IMG/VR virus record: IMGVR_UViG_3300014202_001065
From: a virus
Direction: 5' to 3' (one strand)
Length of the DNA: 64,000 nucleotides
Shown here: piece after piece, positions 55,133 through 63,580 of the stretch
How positions within the stretch are numbered: the stretch's first letter is position 1
Layout of the letters: every line of letters starts with the position of its first letter
Position numbers and translations under genes: made by a program
The notes under the pieces: generated by a model
Told to the model about the DNA's origin: nothing
Databases searched by the model: none
What the model saw: the letters and a program-made list of their open reading frames with translations, nothing else

Positions 55133-55861
55133 ATGGGCATGCACATCATCAAATCCACCTCTGCTCCTTCGGATGCACCCGACGCCGAGGGTATTCATTG
55201 GATAAAAACAACGGATCCCAAGGGCGAATGGGTGTCCGTTGGTACGGCTAGCGTGGGTGACTGGCTGGAACGTGGGGCAGGCGGCGGGGGTGGATTCACT
55301 GGCACTAACATACCGCCAAAGCCCTTGTTTATGACTGGTCAAAAATATCGAGGCCTTGGCCTGGCAGCCAACCCTGGTACCGCAACGGCCGCGGCCAACA
55401 AGATGATGCTGTCCCCCTTTGTGGCTGCGCAAGACATCACCATTGACAATATTGGTTTCCAGCGCAACTCAGGCACAACCTCAGCCAATATCGTAGTCAT
55501 GATTTACGATAGCGATCCCACGACCAACGGGCCCAAAAACCTCTTAGGTAAAACCATCCTGGCCTCAAGTGCCCCTGGTGTAACGCAGGGGGCTATCGAT
55601 ACAGGCAACCTTGCACTGACCGCCGGCGAGCAGTATTGGATCGGCACCCTTTTTGATCTGGCCATTTCAGTGTGCGCTTACTCATCGAACATGCAGATGG
55701 CCATTGGGTCACCCGATGGCAACTTCCTGGTGGGCGCCGTAACACACTATGCTGTGGCCCTGACGTACACGACTACGCCACCGACACCGCTGACCCCCGT
55801 TGCTGCAGATTTCAAGGAGTATGATTCATCACTACCCTATGTGTTCTACCGAATGGTTTAA
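55133..55861 (+). CDS. Putative tail fibre / receptor-binding protein
   Basis: Last gene of the tail module; beta-rich C-terminal domain. Confidence 0.65.
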   Translation: MGMHIIKSTSAPSDAPDAEGIHWIKTTDPKGEWVSVGTASVGDWLERGAGGGGGFTGTNIPPKPLFMTGQKYRGLGLAANPGTATAAANKMMLSPFVAAQDITIDNIGFQRNSGTTSANIVVMIYDSDPTTNGPKNLLGKTILASSAPGVTQGAIDTGNLALTAGEQYWIGTLFDLAISVCAYSSNMQMAIGSPDGNFLVGAVTHYAVALTYTTTPPTPLTPVAADFKEYDSSLPYVFYRMV

Positions 55862-55925
55862 CGCTCAGAGTTAATTTTATTTTTTATGGCAACAGCCTTG
55901 GCGCGACAGGGCAGGTAGGTTTAAA

Positions 55926-56375
55926 ATGAAGCCGCATTTGCATGTAATCACCAACCCCAGTAAGGATTCGGGGGTAAGACTGTTTCCGAATCCTAAGGGG
56001 GCACGGGGTATGGCAGCAAACTCTAACGGTGGGGCTCCGCCGGCCCAAGACACCGTGGGTAAGTGGTTGACGGGAATACTGGCTACGATCGTAGCGGGCG
56101 GCGTGCTGTCCATGGGTGTGTGGGTCGTGTCCAACACGTCCGAAGGTAAAACACAGCAGGCCACCAATACGGTCCTGCTGCAGAGCATGGACAAAACAAT
56201 AAACCTGATGCGTCTGGACCAAAAAGAAACACTCAGTCTGGTACAGGGCGCGGCTACACGGAGTGAGCTCAGCAAGTTGGATGGCGACCTCCGAAAAGAG
56301 ATCGACCAGATGCGCGAGAAGCTGAATGGGCTGGAGGCAAGACTCGGACAGCTTGAGGGGCGAAAGCACCGTTGA
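55926..56375 (+). CDS. Single-TM coiled-coil protein (holin or antiholin-like)
   Basis: WLTGILATIVAGGVLSMGVWVV helix plus coiled coil; alternative ATG at 56010. Confidence 0.65.
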   Translation: MKPHLHVITNPSKDSGVRLFPNPKGARGMAANSNGGAPPAQDTVGKWLTGILATIVAGGVLSMGVWVVSNTSEGKTQQATNTVLLQSMDKTINLMRLDQKETLSLVQGAATRSELSKLDGDLRKEIDQMREKLNGLEARLGQLEGRKHR

Positions 56376-56393
56376 TGCTCAAACAGGTGAAAT

Positions 56394-56421
56394 AAAAGGG
56401 TGATGCTTATCGCCCTTTTTT
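56394..56421. terminator. Terminator ending the structural module
   Basis: AAAAGGGTGAT-GCTT-ATCGCCCTTTTTT. Confidence 0.75.
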
Positions 56422-56427
56422 ATTTTG

Positions 56428-56488
56428 TGGGATCTATATCACAGCCATGAAATGACCATGTTGCCCTTATTATGACCGGGTGTATGCT
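56428..56488 (+). promoter_or_regulatory. Class I-geometry CRP-like promoter
   Basis: TGGGA-TCTATA-TCACA at 56428-56443; -35 TTGCCC at 56461, 16-nt spacer, -10 TATGCT at 56483. Confidence 0.5.
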
Positions 56489-56518
56489 ACACACCATGAC
56501 CATCAAGGAGCTCCACCC

Positions 56519-57706
56519 ATGATTACTCTGCCCGATGCCCTGGTTGCCCGCATCCCCGTCATCCGGATCCAGGATAATGATCCAATGAACATGAACACCT
56601 TGCTGCAGAACTTGAAGGGCCCCTGCAAATTTGCCAACATCCATGACCTTGAGGCCACAGGCTTCGATGATAATTTCATGCGTGGGTTGCAGGGCTCCAG
56701 CCTGATTGTTGTTCGTGGCGAAGTCAGCGTGACTGGTGCTATTTACAACAAGATGCGGCTGGCCAGTAGCTGCCTGGTACTGCTGGGTGAAGGTGACAGA
56801 TCCCCGCTGATTTTCGAGTGTGGGTCCTACTACCCCACGCCGACTGACATTGCGCAGGCTATACACATAGGGGTCGGTGTGCCCGTACCCATAGCCAACT
56901 TCGCAGCCAACTCCCTGCGCGGTTTGACCTGTTTGCAGGCTGAACAGATCTGCCGCCTCAGTTTGGCCAAGGCCGGTGCGCAGCCATTGACTCATGAACT
57001 GCTGACAGCTGTCCGCGCAGAGGTGCTCGGATCCATTGACGGTGTTGAGGTGATGATCCGTAAAGCCGGCTTTTACAGGCCTGACCCTGGTTTGACTGAT
57101 TGGTTGAACTGGGCCTCTCGCGCACAAGCCAACGCCCGATATTACAACCTGCGACCCAGGGGCCTGCTCCTGCATGGAAAACCTGGAACCGGCAAGACCG
57201 AGGCAGCCAACTACGTAGCCAACTGCCTTAACATGCCGCTGGTGCGCCTCAATCTGCCGGCCATGTTGAACAAATGGTTGGGGGAGGCCGAGCGATCTCT
57301 GACCAATGCCTTGGCCTCAGTGGAAACGCTGGCGCCCTGCGTGATGCTTCTGGATGAGGCTGACAAGGTGATCACCACTGCGTCGGGGTCAGGGGAGGAG
57401 ACTTCTCGCCGGATGCTCAGCAAGCTGCTTTGGTGGCTGTCAAACCACCAGGCCCCCGTGCTGACGGTGATGACGGCCAACGACCTGCAGCATTTCCCAG
57501 TGGAGCTTCACCGCGACGGGCGCCTTGATGCCACCGTTGAAGTGAAGGAGCTGCAGACCCCGGTAGAATTGGACGCTTTTGTGGATGGCGTAAAGAGCTG
57601 CTATCAGGGTACCATGGGTCTACCCCCTATCGATTTCGGCAAGGCACCGTACAACCAAGCACGGGTGACCAGGTTGATCGAAAGGGCCATCATTCTCCAG
57701 AATTGA
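56519..57706 (+). CDS. AAA+ ATPase
   Basis: ATG 56519; HGKPGTGKT, VMLLDEADK, MTAN and RDGRLD. Confidence 0.9.
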   Translation: MITLPDALVARIPVIRIQDNDPMNMNTLLQNLKGPCKFANIHDLEATGFDDNFMRGLQGSSLIVVRGEVSVTGAIYNKMRLASSCLVLLGEGDRSPLIFECGSYYPTPTDIAQAIHIGVGVPVPIANFAANSLRGLTCLQAEQICRLSLAKAGAQPLTHELLTAVRAEVLGSIDGVEVMIRKAGFYRPDPGLTDWLNWASRAQANARYYNLRPRGLLLHGKPGTGKTEAANYVANCLNMPLVRLNLPAMLNKWLGEAERSLTNALASVETLAPCVMLLDEADKVITTASGSGEETSRRMLSKLLWWLSNHQAPVLTVMTANDLQHFPVELHRDGRLDATVEVKELQTPVELDAFVDGVKSCYQGTMGLPPIDFGKAPYNQARVTRLIERAIILQN

Positions 57707-57717
57707 AGGGCTCTCCC

Positions 57718-58398
57718 ATGAACTACATGACGCTGGTTCCCTCTGATGGCACCTTGAATATGAAGATGCGCCTCAAGGCTGGGCATGATCTTCCCCTTGC
57801 TACGATTCAGGACAGCGGGAGCGGCACCAGTGTGCCAGTTTTCCAGCTGGGCAGCGTCCAAGTTGGGATGGTCTATGCCTATGGACCAGACCTGTTGCCT
57901 GGGGAAGAAGCCGAGGGCTTGAATAAGCTTGTAGAATCGGGGGAAATAGCCTTCCTGACATTCATGCCCGAGTCTGATTTTCTGTCCAGCGCCTACCTAC
58001 ACTTTGACGATATAGAACAGAGCATCGCCGAAGTCTGCTTCGATATGTTCAAGGCCAAGATCAGGGCCACCGTCATAGTCAGCCCCACAGGTGAGCGCTA
58101 CTACGCGACAGCCTGCGCCTTTCGCATGCCAGACTGGGCCGAGTTGCGCAGGTCGCCCAAGTCCATGACCGAGGAGCTCAAGCTCTGGACCTGGAAGTCA
58201 GTGGCCTATTACTACGGTTACATGGAGCCGCAGATCACCGGCACCCAGACTATGCGTGCACTGGAGACTGCGCATCAGTGCTTCATTGGTTGGGCAGTGA
58301 TCTACCACCTGAAGCACGGCCCGTTGACTACCATGATCCCGGCAGGTGTGAGTTTCGGGGATCTATTGCAGGGCTACACCACCAGCGCGAAGAAATAA
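57718..58398 (+). CDS. Hypothetical protein
   Basis: ATG 57718; packed directly after the ATPase. Confidence 0.75.
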   Translation: MNYMTLVPSDGTLNMKMRLKAGHDLPLATIQDSGSGTSVPVFQLGSVQVGMVYAYGPDLLPGEEAEGLNKLVESGEIAFLTFMPESDFLSSAYLHFDDIEQSIAEVCFDMFKAKIRATVIVSPTGERYYATACAFRMPDWAELRRSPKSMTEELKLWTWKSVAYYYGYMEPQITGTQTMRALETAHQCFIGWAVIYHLKHGPLTTMIPAGVSFGDLLQGYTTSAKK

Positions 58399-58428
58399 AA
58401 AAAGCCCGCAACTGTAAGGAAGCGGGCT
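58397..58428 (-). terminator. Terminator oriented for antisense (minus-strand) transcription
   Basis: Minus strand reads AGCCCGC-N12-GCGGGCT followed by a T run; the plus side has no T tract. Confidence 0.55.
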
Positions 58429-58442
58429 GAAGTGCCTGACTG

Positions 58443-58520
58443 AACAAGAGACAGTGCAACAAGACCAAACGAAAATAACACAGCCGACAAGACAAAGGCA
58501 ACAAGACAATGAGCAAGACA
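58443..58520 (+). repeat. Five CAAGA(C/G)-core direct repeats around the rep start
   Basis: Cores at 58445, 58460, 58488, 58502 and 58514. Confidence 0.65.
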
Positions 58521-59849
58521 CCGACTCAGCAGAGTAAGCTGGTCATGCCCTTCGGTTTAATGTATGGGCGTGACATTACCGACGCCCAAAAAGTCACAGC
58601 CATGTGGCTCATTTCTTATGCTACACGCAGCGCTCTCAACCTCTGCTGGGCATCCAACGAAACACTGGGCGCCGTCGCAGGTAAAAGTCCTCGCCAAATC
58701 CGCCGCGATATCCGCAATCTGATCACGCAAGGGTACTTCACAGAGGTATCAGCCCCCATTGAACGGCAAAATGACTTGAAGATGTTTCCCTCGGCACGGT
58801 ACATCCGGCCAAATAAGAAAGTATTCGAGGTGCCCCAAATGCTGAGTGACACTATGCAAAAGACAGAAGAGCTGTCCCTGAAATGTCCAGGGGGGGAGGA
58901 CATGGATGTCCATCTATATAAAAACAAGAATAACAGTAGTAAACACCTAAACACTAAAACACTAGCGTTGCCTTCGGCCGCCGGTTTTGTCAGCTATGGG
59001 CGGAAGGTGATCGGTTTTGAGATCGGGGTCACAACTGGTTTCGTGTGGGCTGATAATATCTGGTTTGAGATTGGCCGGCCGATGCCCCCCCACACGAAAG
59101 AGAATGAGATCCGGCCCGAGCCGACCGAGGCCGCGCCGCCGGCACCCGCCGCGCTCTGCGCCGCCCGGCCGACAGTAGATCTTCATCAAGTACGAATGCT
59201 GGGCCTGAGCCCACGGGTAGAAGGTATGGTGATGCGCTTCCTCGCCGCCGGGGTTGCGCCAAGAGCCATAATCGTAAAAGGTAGTGTCGTCACCGTAGTG
59301 GAGGACCCCATGACAGATAAACGCAAGATCCCGACCAACTGCTCTTTGGACGAGTTGCTCCAGCGCTCCGCCGCCGGCCAGTTGCACCGTCAGGCTCCTG
59401 CCAAAGAGACGGGCTCGGTAACCACCATGCGGATGTCCGAGGCCCTCCGGGCAGCGGCCGCACCCGTCAAGTTCATTGCCAGCCACACGATGCGGGAGCT
59501 CGGCCAGCTCAAGACGTTCGCCAAGGTGGTGCGCCAAGCAGGGGATGACCCTCTGGATGTACTCAAAGTGGTGGCCAACGACTGGGCCGGCTTTCGCAAC
59601 TACATTGCCACCCAGGGCAAGCGCCCACCAAAGGAGGTGGTGGCTGATCCTGGTGTGGTGTGTTATCTGGCCGCCGAGTGTGTAAACTATGCCAGAGCAG
59701 CGCGGGGTGCCCCTGCATATCAACAGCAAGGCCCCTCAACCGCCGCAGGTGCGATTGGGCAACCTGCATCCGCGCCAACGGGTGTGGTTAGTGACCAGGA
59801 CTTTCTGGCGCAGGTACAGGCAGCCCTCAACAAGACCAGCCAGAGTTGA
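58509..59849 (+). CDS. Replication initiator-like protein (N-terminal HTH)
   Basis: CWASNETLGAVAGKSPRQIRRDIRNL HTH; upstream of loader, helicase and primase genes. Confidence 0.7.
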   Translation: MSKTPTQQSKLVMPFGLMYGRDITDAQKVTAMWLISYATRSALNLCWASNETLGAVAGKSPRQIRRDIRNLITQGYFTEVSAPIERQNDLKMFPSARYIRPNKKVFEVPQMLSDTMQKTEELSLKCPGGEDMDVHLYKNKNNSSKHLNTKTLALPSAAGFVSYGRKVIGFEIGVTTGFVWADNIWFEIGRPMPPHTKENEIRPEPTEAAPPAPAALCAARPTVDLHQVRMLGLSPRVEGMVMRFLAAGVAPRAIIVKGSVVTVVEDPMTDKRKIPTNCSLDELLQRSAAGQLHRQAPAKETGSVTTMRMSEALRAAAAPVKFIASHTMRELGQLKTFAKVVRQAGDDPLDVLKVVANDWAGFRNYIATQGKRPPKEVVADPGVVCYLAAECVNYARAARGAPAYQQQGPSTAAGAIGQPASAPTGVVSDQDFLAQVQAALNKTSQS

Positions 59850-59889
59850 GACATCTGTCACAGCAACGGCATCAGCAAGGTGGTAGCAT
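59847..59889 (+). promoter_or_regulatory. Class II CRP-like promoter
   Basis: TGAGA-CATCTG-TCACA at 59847-59862, 21-nt gap, TG-G-TAGCAT at 59881-59889. Confidence 0.7.
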
Positions 59890-59923
59890 CCGGAGAGAGC
59901 TTCACCTTGTAAGGAGATAGCGA

Positions 59924-60466
59924 ATGAATAACGCCCAGCTTGGCTGCCTCGATAAGGAGTACCATGCCCGGCTCATAGAAATGCTCTATGACGTGTCCAG
60001 GCAAGCCCACATCAAGACCGAGTACATCACAACCTCTGCGGCCAACTGGTGTACCGAAGCTGAAATGGCGTGGCTTCAGTCGTTTCATATGGACACGCTG
60101 AGCAAGAGCGGGTTGGTGGTGGTTAATCGCCGCAACTCTATCAATGCCATGTCAGCAATGGTAGGTGCCCTGATCCGCAATTATATTGACGCTCGCGTCA
60201 TCATGACCCACGAGCTGATCGATATGGAGCCTCGTGAGATCACGGCCATTGCAGTACCTAATTTCTACCTGCATTCCATTAACGCGGGTAGCGTGGCAAA
60301 GTGGGAGGCCCCCATGATCCTGGAGTGGTTGTGGGCTAGATACTCAGCGGGAAAAAAGAACATTCTTTTCGTAGAGAACTTGGCGTCTATGCGGACTGAG
60401 TACGGTACCGCCATTTCCGATTTTCTCCATGAGAACTACATCATCCTTGGGGGCACCCCGTCATGA
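59924..60466 (+). CDS. Degenerate DnaC-like helicase loader
   Basis: Position before DnaB; fold-like pattern but no Walker A (inference). Confidence 0.55.
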   Translation: MNNAQLGCLDKEYHARLIEMLYDVSRQAHIKTEYITTSAANWCTEAEMAWLQSFHMDTLSKSGLVVVNRRNSINAMSAMVGALIRNYIDARVIMTHELIDMEPREITAIAVPNFYLHSINAGSVAKWEAPMILEWLWARYSAGKKNILFVENLASMRTEYGTAISDFLHENYIILGGTPS

Positions 60467-61857
60467 GTGAATTACCGTTTGGGAAAATGCCACAGGGTCA
60501 AGCGCAAAGTTCGGGGGGTCTGGTACTGGGCGCTCCGATGACTGCGCCCCCACCGCCGCAAGGCAGCTCCAATGCATTCTTGGGTAATATTTGTGATCTT
60601 CTGATCGCCTCGCTTATCGCGCAAGGCAGTACGGGGAAGATGATGGAGCTGGCCCTGAGAGACGACATATTCACTGAGCCGGAGCGACCTTACTACCAGG
60701 CCCTGGTGGGGTTTGTCCGCAGGCATGGGACGATGCCCAGCCGCGAGACCTACATAGCCGAAGTGCGCCACCCGAACCTGCCTTTTGCGCCGGAGCCACC
60801 AAGCTTCTATGCAGAGAAGCTGCGTGACAGGTTCATCCGTGATGGTGCAACGCAGAGCCTCTTACAGCTGTCGAACCAGATAAAAACCGGGGCAAGTGCA
60901 TCCAAGGCGCTAGAAGCAGCGCTGCAGGGTCTGTTGCGAATCAAGCAGGGTGCTGTGACTCATGGGCTTTACGATGCGCGGGAAATGGCGAGCCGGGTAA
61001 TCCCAACCTACCAGCACAACCTGATGCACGCAGACGAGACGGCGGTACACCTGGGCTGGGATTATACCGATCGGATCAGTGCCGGTATCGTGCCAGGGGA
61101 TATCCTGTCGTGGATTGGTCGGCCAGCCACCGGCAAGACGTGGCTCAATCTGCAGTCCGCCATTTACCCATGGCTGCACCAGCACAAGCGGACAATGTTC
61201 GTTACCACCGAAATGCTGCGGGGGCCGATAGAGGAACGCGTGGCGTCAATGGTATCGAGACTGCCGATCAGGGGGATCCATAAATCGAGCCTGTCATCCC
61301 CACAGTTCAAGGTACTCAAGGATCGCCTATATGAGATCTCGACCCATGACGCCCCGCTATGGGTGGTGGATGCCAACCTTGGAGCCACTGTCCAAGACCT
61401 CTGGGCTCTATGCTCCATGCTGGGTGTAGAGTGGTTGGTTATCGACGGGGCCTACCTGCTGACGCATCCAGACAAGCGAATGGACCGCTACACCCGGGTG
61501 GCGGAGAACTGCCGACTCCTGAAGTCCGAAATTGCGACCGGTCTCCGCATACCTCTGGCAGCCAGCTGGCAGTTCTCACGGGAAATGTCGAAGAAGAAAA
61601 ATGCCAAGGGTAAGAAGAACGGCGATGAGAAACCGGGGCTGGAAGACATTGGCTACTCGGATGAGATAGGCCAGATCAGCTCGCTGGTGCTGGCCACCTT
61701 GGAGGCGGAAAGTATCGAGACCCAAAACCGCCGCCGCATCGACGTCATGAAGGGTCGAAATGGGGAGACGGGTGGCTTCTTCATCAACTGGGATTTCAAC
61801 AACATGGACTTCAGTGAACATGTCCAATTGACTCACGAAGCCCTGCGCTTTATCTGA
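60463..61857 (+). CDS. dnaB: Replicative DNA helicase (DnaB/SF4)
   Basis: GRPATGKT, TTEM, VIDGAYL, QFSR, YSDEIGQ and KGRNGE. Confidence 0.92.
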   Translation: MSELPFGKMPQGQAQSSGGLVLGAPMTAPPPPQGSSNAFLGNICDLLIASLIAQGSTGKMMELALRDDIFTEPERPYYQALVGFVRRHGTMPSRETYIAEVRHPNLPFAPEPPSFYAEKLRDRFIRDGATQSLLQLSNQIKTGASASKALEAALQGLLRIKQGAVTHGLYDAREMASRVIPTYQHNLMHADETAVHLGWDYTDRISAGIVPGDILSWIGRPATGKTWLNLQSAIYPWLHQHKRTMFVTTEMLRGPIEERVASMVSRLPIRGIHKSSLSSPQFKVLKDRLYEISTHDAPLWVVDANLGATVQDLWALCSMLGVEWLVIDGAYLLTHPDKRMDRYTRVAENCRLLKSEIATGLRIPLAASWQFSREMSKKKNAKGKKNGDEKPGLEDIGYSDEIGQISSLVLATLEAESIETQNRRRIDVMKGRNGETGGFFINWDFNNMDFSEHVQLTHEALRFI

Positions 61858-61891
61858 CCGCCCATTGCGGGCACAACAAAGGAGAACTGCC

Positions 61892-62410
61892 ATGATGATT
61901 GGCGGCGTGCAGCTCCAGCCCCCGGGCGCAGCTGTGACAACAACGGTGGCCCAGGCCACACAAACACCAGCAGTAAAATCCAAGGTTGATAACCTGGTAG
62001 AGAGCATTGGTGGCGTAAAAGCCATAGAGGAAATGGCCCGCCTGATGGTAGAAGTGGCCAATGCTGAGCTGGCACTGAAGAAAAAGAAAAAGCTGTACGA
62101 GGCCTTTACAGCCAACACGCTGAGTAAGGCCGCAGAGCTGGGCATCGCAGAAGATACCGTGCTCAATGGCGAGAGCCATGCTCTGGTGCTGAAATACAAA
62201 TCGGGGAACACCACTACCGAAGTGGAGGACAAAACCAAGCTCTACAACTTCATGGAGAGTAAGGCCCCGGGTATGTTCTTCCAGCTCTGCAAGATCGGGG
62301 TTGGCGATCTCAAGGAATACATACCTGAGACAGCCTACTCGTCAGCAGGCATAAAGAAGGGCAACGCACCGTCCAGCCTTGGGCTTAGCGCCAAAGTGAT
62401 CAAGGCGTAG
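61892..62410 (+). CDS. Hypothetical protein of the replication module
   Basis: ATG 61892 with SD AAGGAG. Confidence 0.8.
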   Translation: MMIGGVQLQPPGAAVTTTVAQATQTPAVKSKVDNLVESIGGVKAIEEMARLMVEVANAELALKKKKKLYEAFTANTLSKAAELGIAEDTVLNGESHALVLKYKSGNTTTEVEDKTKLYNFMESKAPGMFFQLCKIGVGDLKEYIPETAYSSAGIKKGNAPSSLGLSAKVIKA

Positions 62411-62412
62411 CC

Positions 62413-63528
62413 ATGCGGGCACAGCAACTACAACAGGTCTGCGCTGCGCTAGGGGTTCGCCCTGGACGTGCTGCAAAGGACTGGTTACCAGTGCCGTGCC
62501 CGCTATCGCCCTGGACGCATAGCGGTGGACCCAACTCTGATAATGCCAAAGGGTTGAAGGCTGCCGGGGGCCTGTCGATCAGCGCCTACGGTAAGTCCAA
62601 GTTCATGTGTCGGGTTTGCCAGCACACGCCTATTAATTTATGGGAGCTGCACCAGCGGCTGGAATACCATCTGGCCGCCCAGTCTATGCCAAGGAACGTC
62701 AATCTGCCCATGCTGAGGGCCTTGACCATCCAGGAGGCAGAGAACGTCTATGACGATCTGGAGGTGGCGGCCTATGACCTGCAGGGTAAAAACCCCGATG
62801 GCAGCGATGCTGATTTTCACGGCGAGATCCGAACCAAGGAGTGGCCAGAGGAATTCCTCTTGAATTTCGTCCCAGTGACGGAGAACGACGAGGCCCACAG
62901 GTACTGTGCTGTTCGAGGGATACCCGACGTGGTGCTCGACTACCTGGGTATGGTCTGGGATCCCAAGCGCCGGAGAGTAGCATTCCCCATCCGTGACGAA
63001 AATTGGGCATTGGTTGGGTTGCATGGGCGCCTAATAGACGACTACTACCCACTAAGACCAGAGTGGGAGGGCCACCCTGATCCAGAAATGCTGCTGAATC
63101 AGAATCCGGATTGCATTATGCAACCGGAGCGGGAACCGCCCCTGCGCTACTTCGCTTATGAGTGCGAAGGGGTGAGGAATTCCCACATTTGGTGTAACCA
63201 GCATCTGATCGATATGTCACAGCCAGTGATCATTACGGAGGGAAACTTCGACTACGCCAAGATTATGGCTGCTGGTTACTACAACGTGCTGGGGAGCCGG
63301 TCAGCGGGGATCCACGGAACGATGATGCTTTATCTGTCTAAGGCCCAGGATATCATCACTTACTATGATAGGGGGGTCGGCGGGGATACAGCGAGAGCTC
63401 GGGTTGATAGCTACTTCAAGGGAACGGGTCGAAGGGTGCGCCACTGCATACCCTCTGAGCTGGATGATGATGCAGGCAATACGCCGGTCTGCGTCATCCA
63501 GGATAATCTCGGCAGATTTATAATTTGA
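62413..63528 (+). CDS. DNA primase (Zn-binding domain plus TOPRIM)
   Basis: CPLSPWTH...CRVC, RRRVAFPI, ITEGNFD and YYDRGVGGD. Confidence 0.88.
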   Translation: MRAQQLQQVCAALGVRPGRAAKDWLPVPCPLSPWTHSGGPNSDNAKGLKAAGGLSISAYGKSKFMCRVCQHTPINLWELHQRLEYHLAAQSMPRNVNLPMLRALTIQEAENVYDDLEVAAYDLQGKNPDGSDADFHGEIRTKEWPEEFLLNFVPVTENDEAHRYCAVRGIPDVVLDYLGMVWDPKRRRVAFPIRDENWALVGLHGRLIDDYYPLRPEWEGHPDPEMLLNQNPDCIMQPEREPPLRYFAYECEGVRNSHIWCNQHLIDMSQPVIITEGNFDYAKIMAAGYYNVLGSRSAGIHGTMMLYLSKAQDIITYYDRGVGGDTARARVDSYFKGTGRRVRHCIPSELDDDAGNTPVCVIQDNLGRFII

Positions 63529-63580
63529 TACGTGTCACACTTTTGGGTATGGTACTCATTCCCTACAGGAGATCATTTGT

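Noticed and set aside
31785-56488. Recurring GTGTATG(C/A)T at 31785, 43818 and 56479 as a phage-specific late promoter
   Set aside because: More simply explained as sigma70 -10 elements; two have TTG-type -35 hexamers upstream, and the downstream genes belong to different classes.
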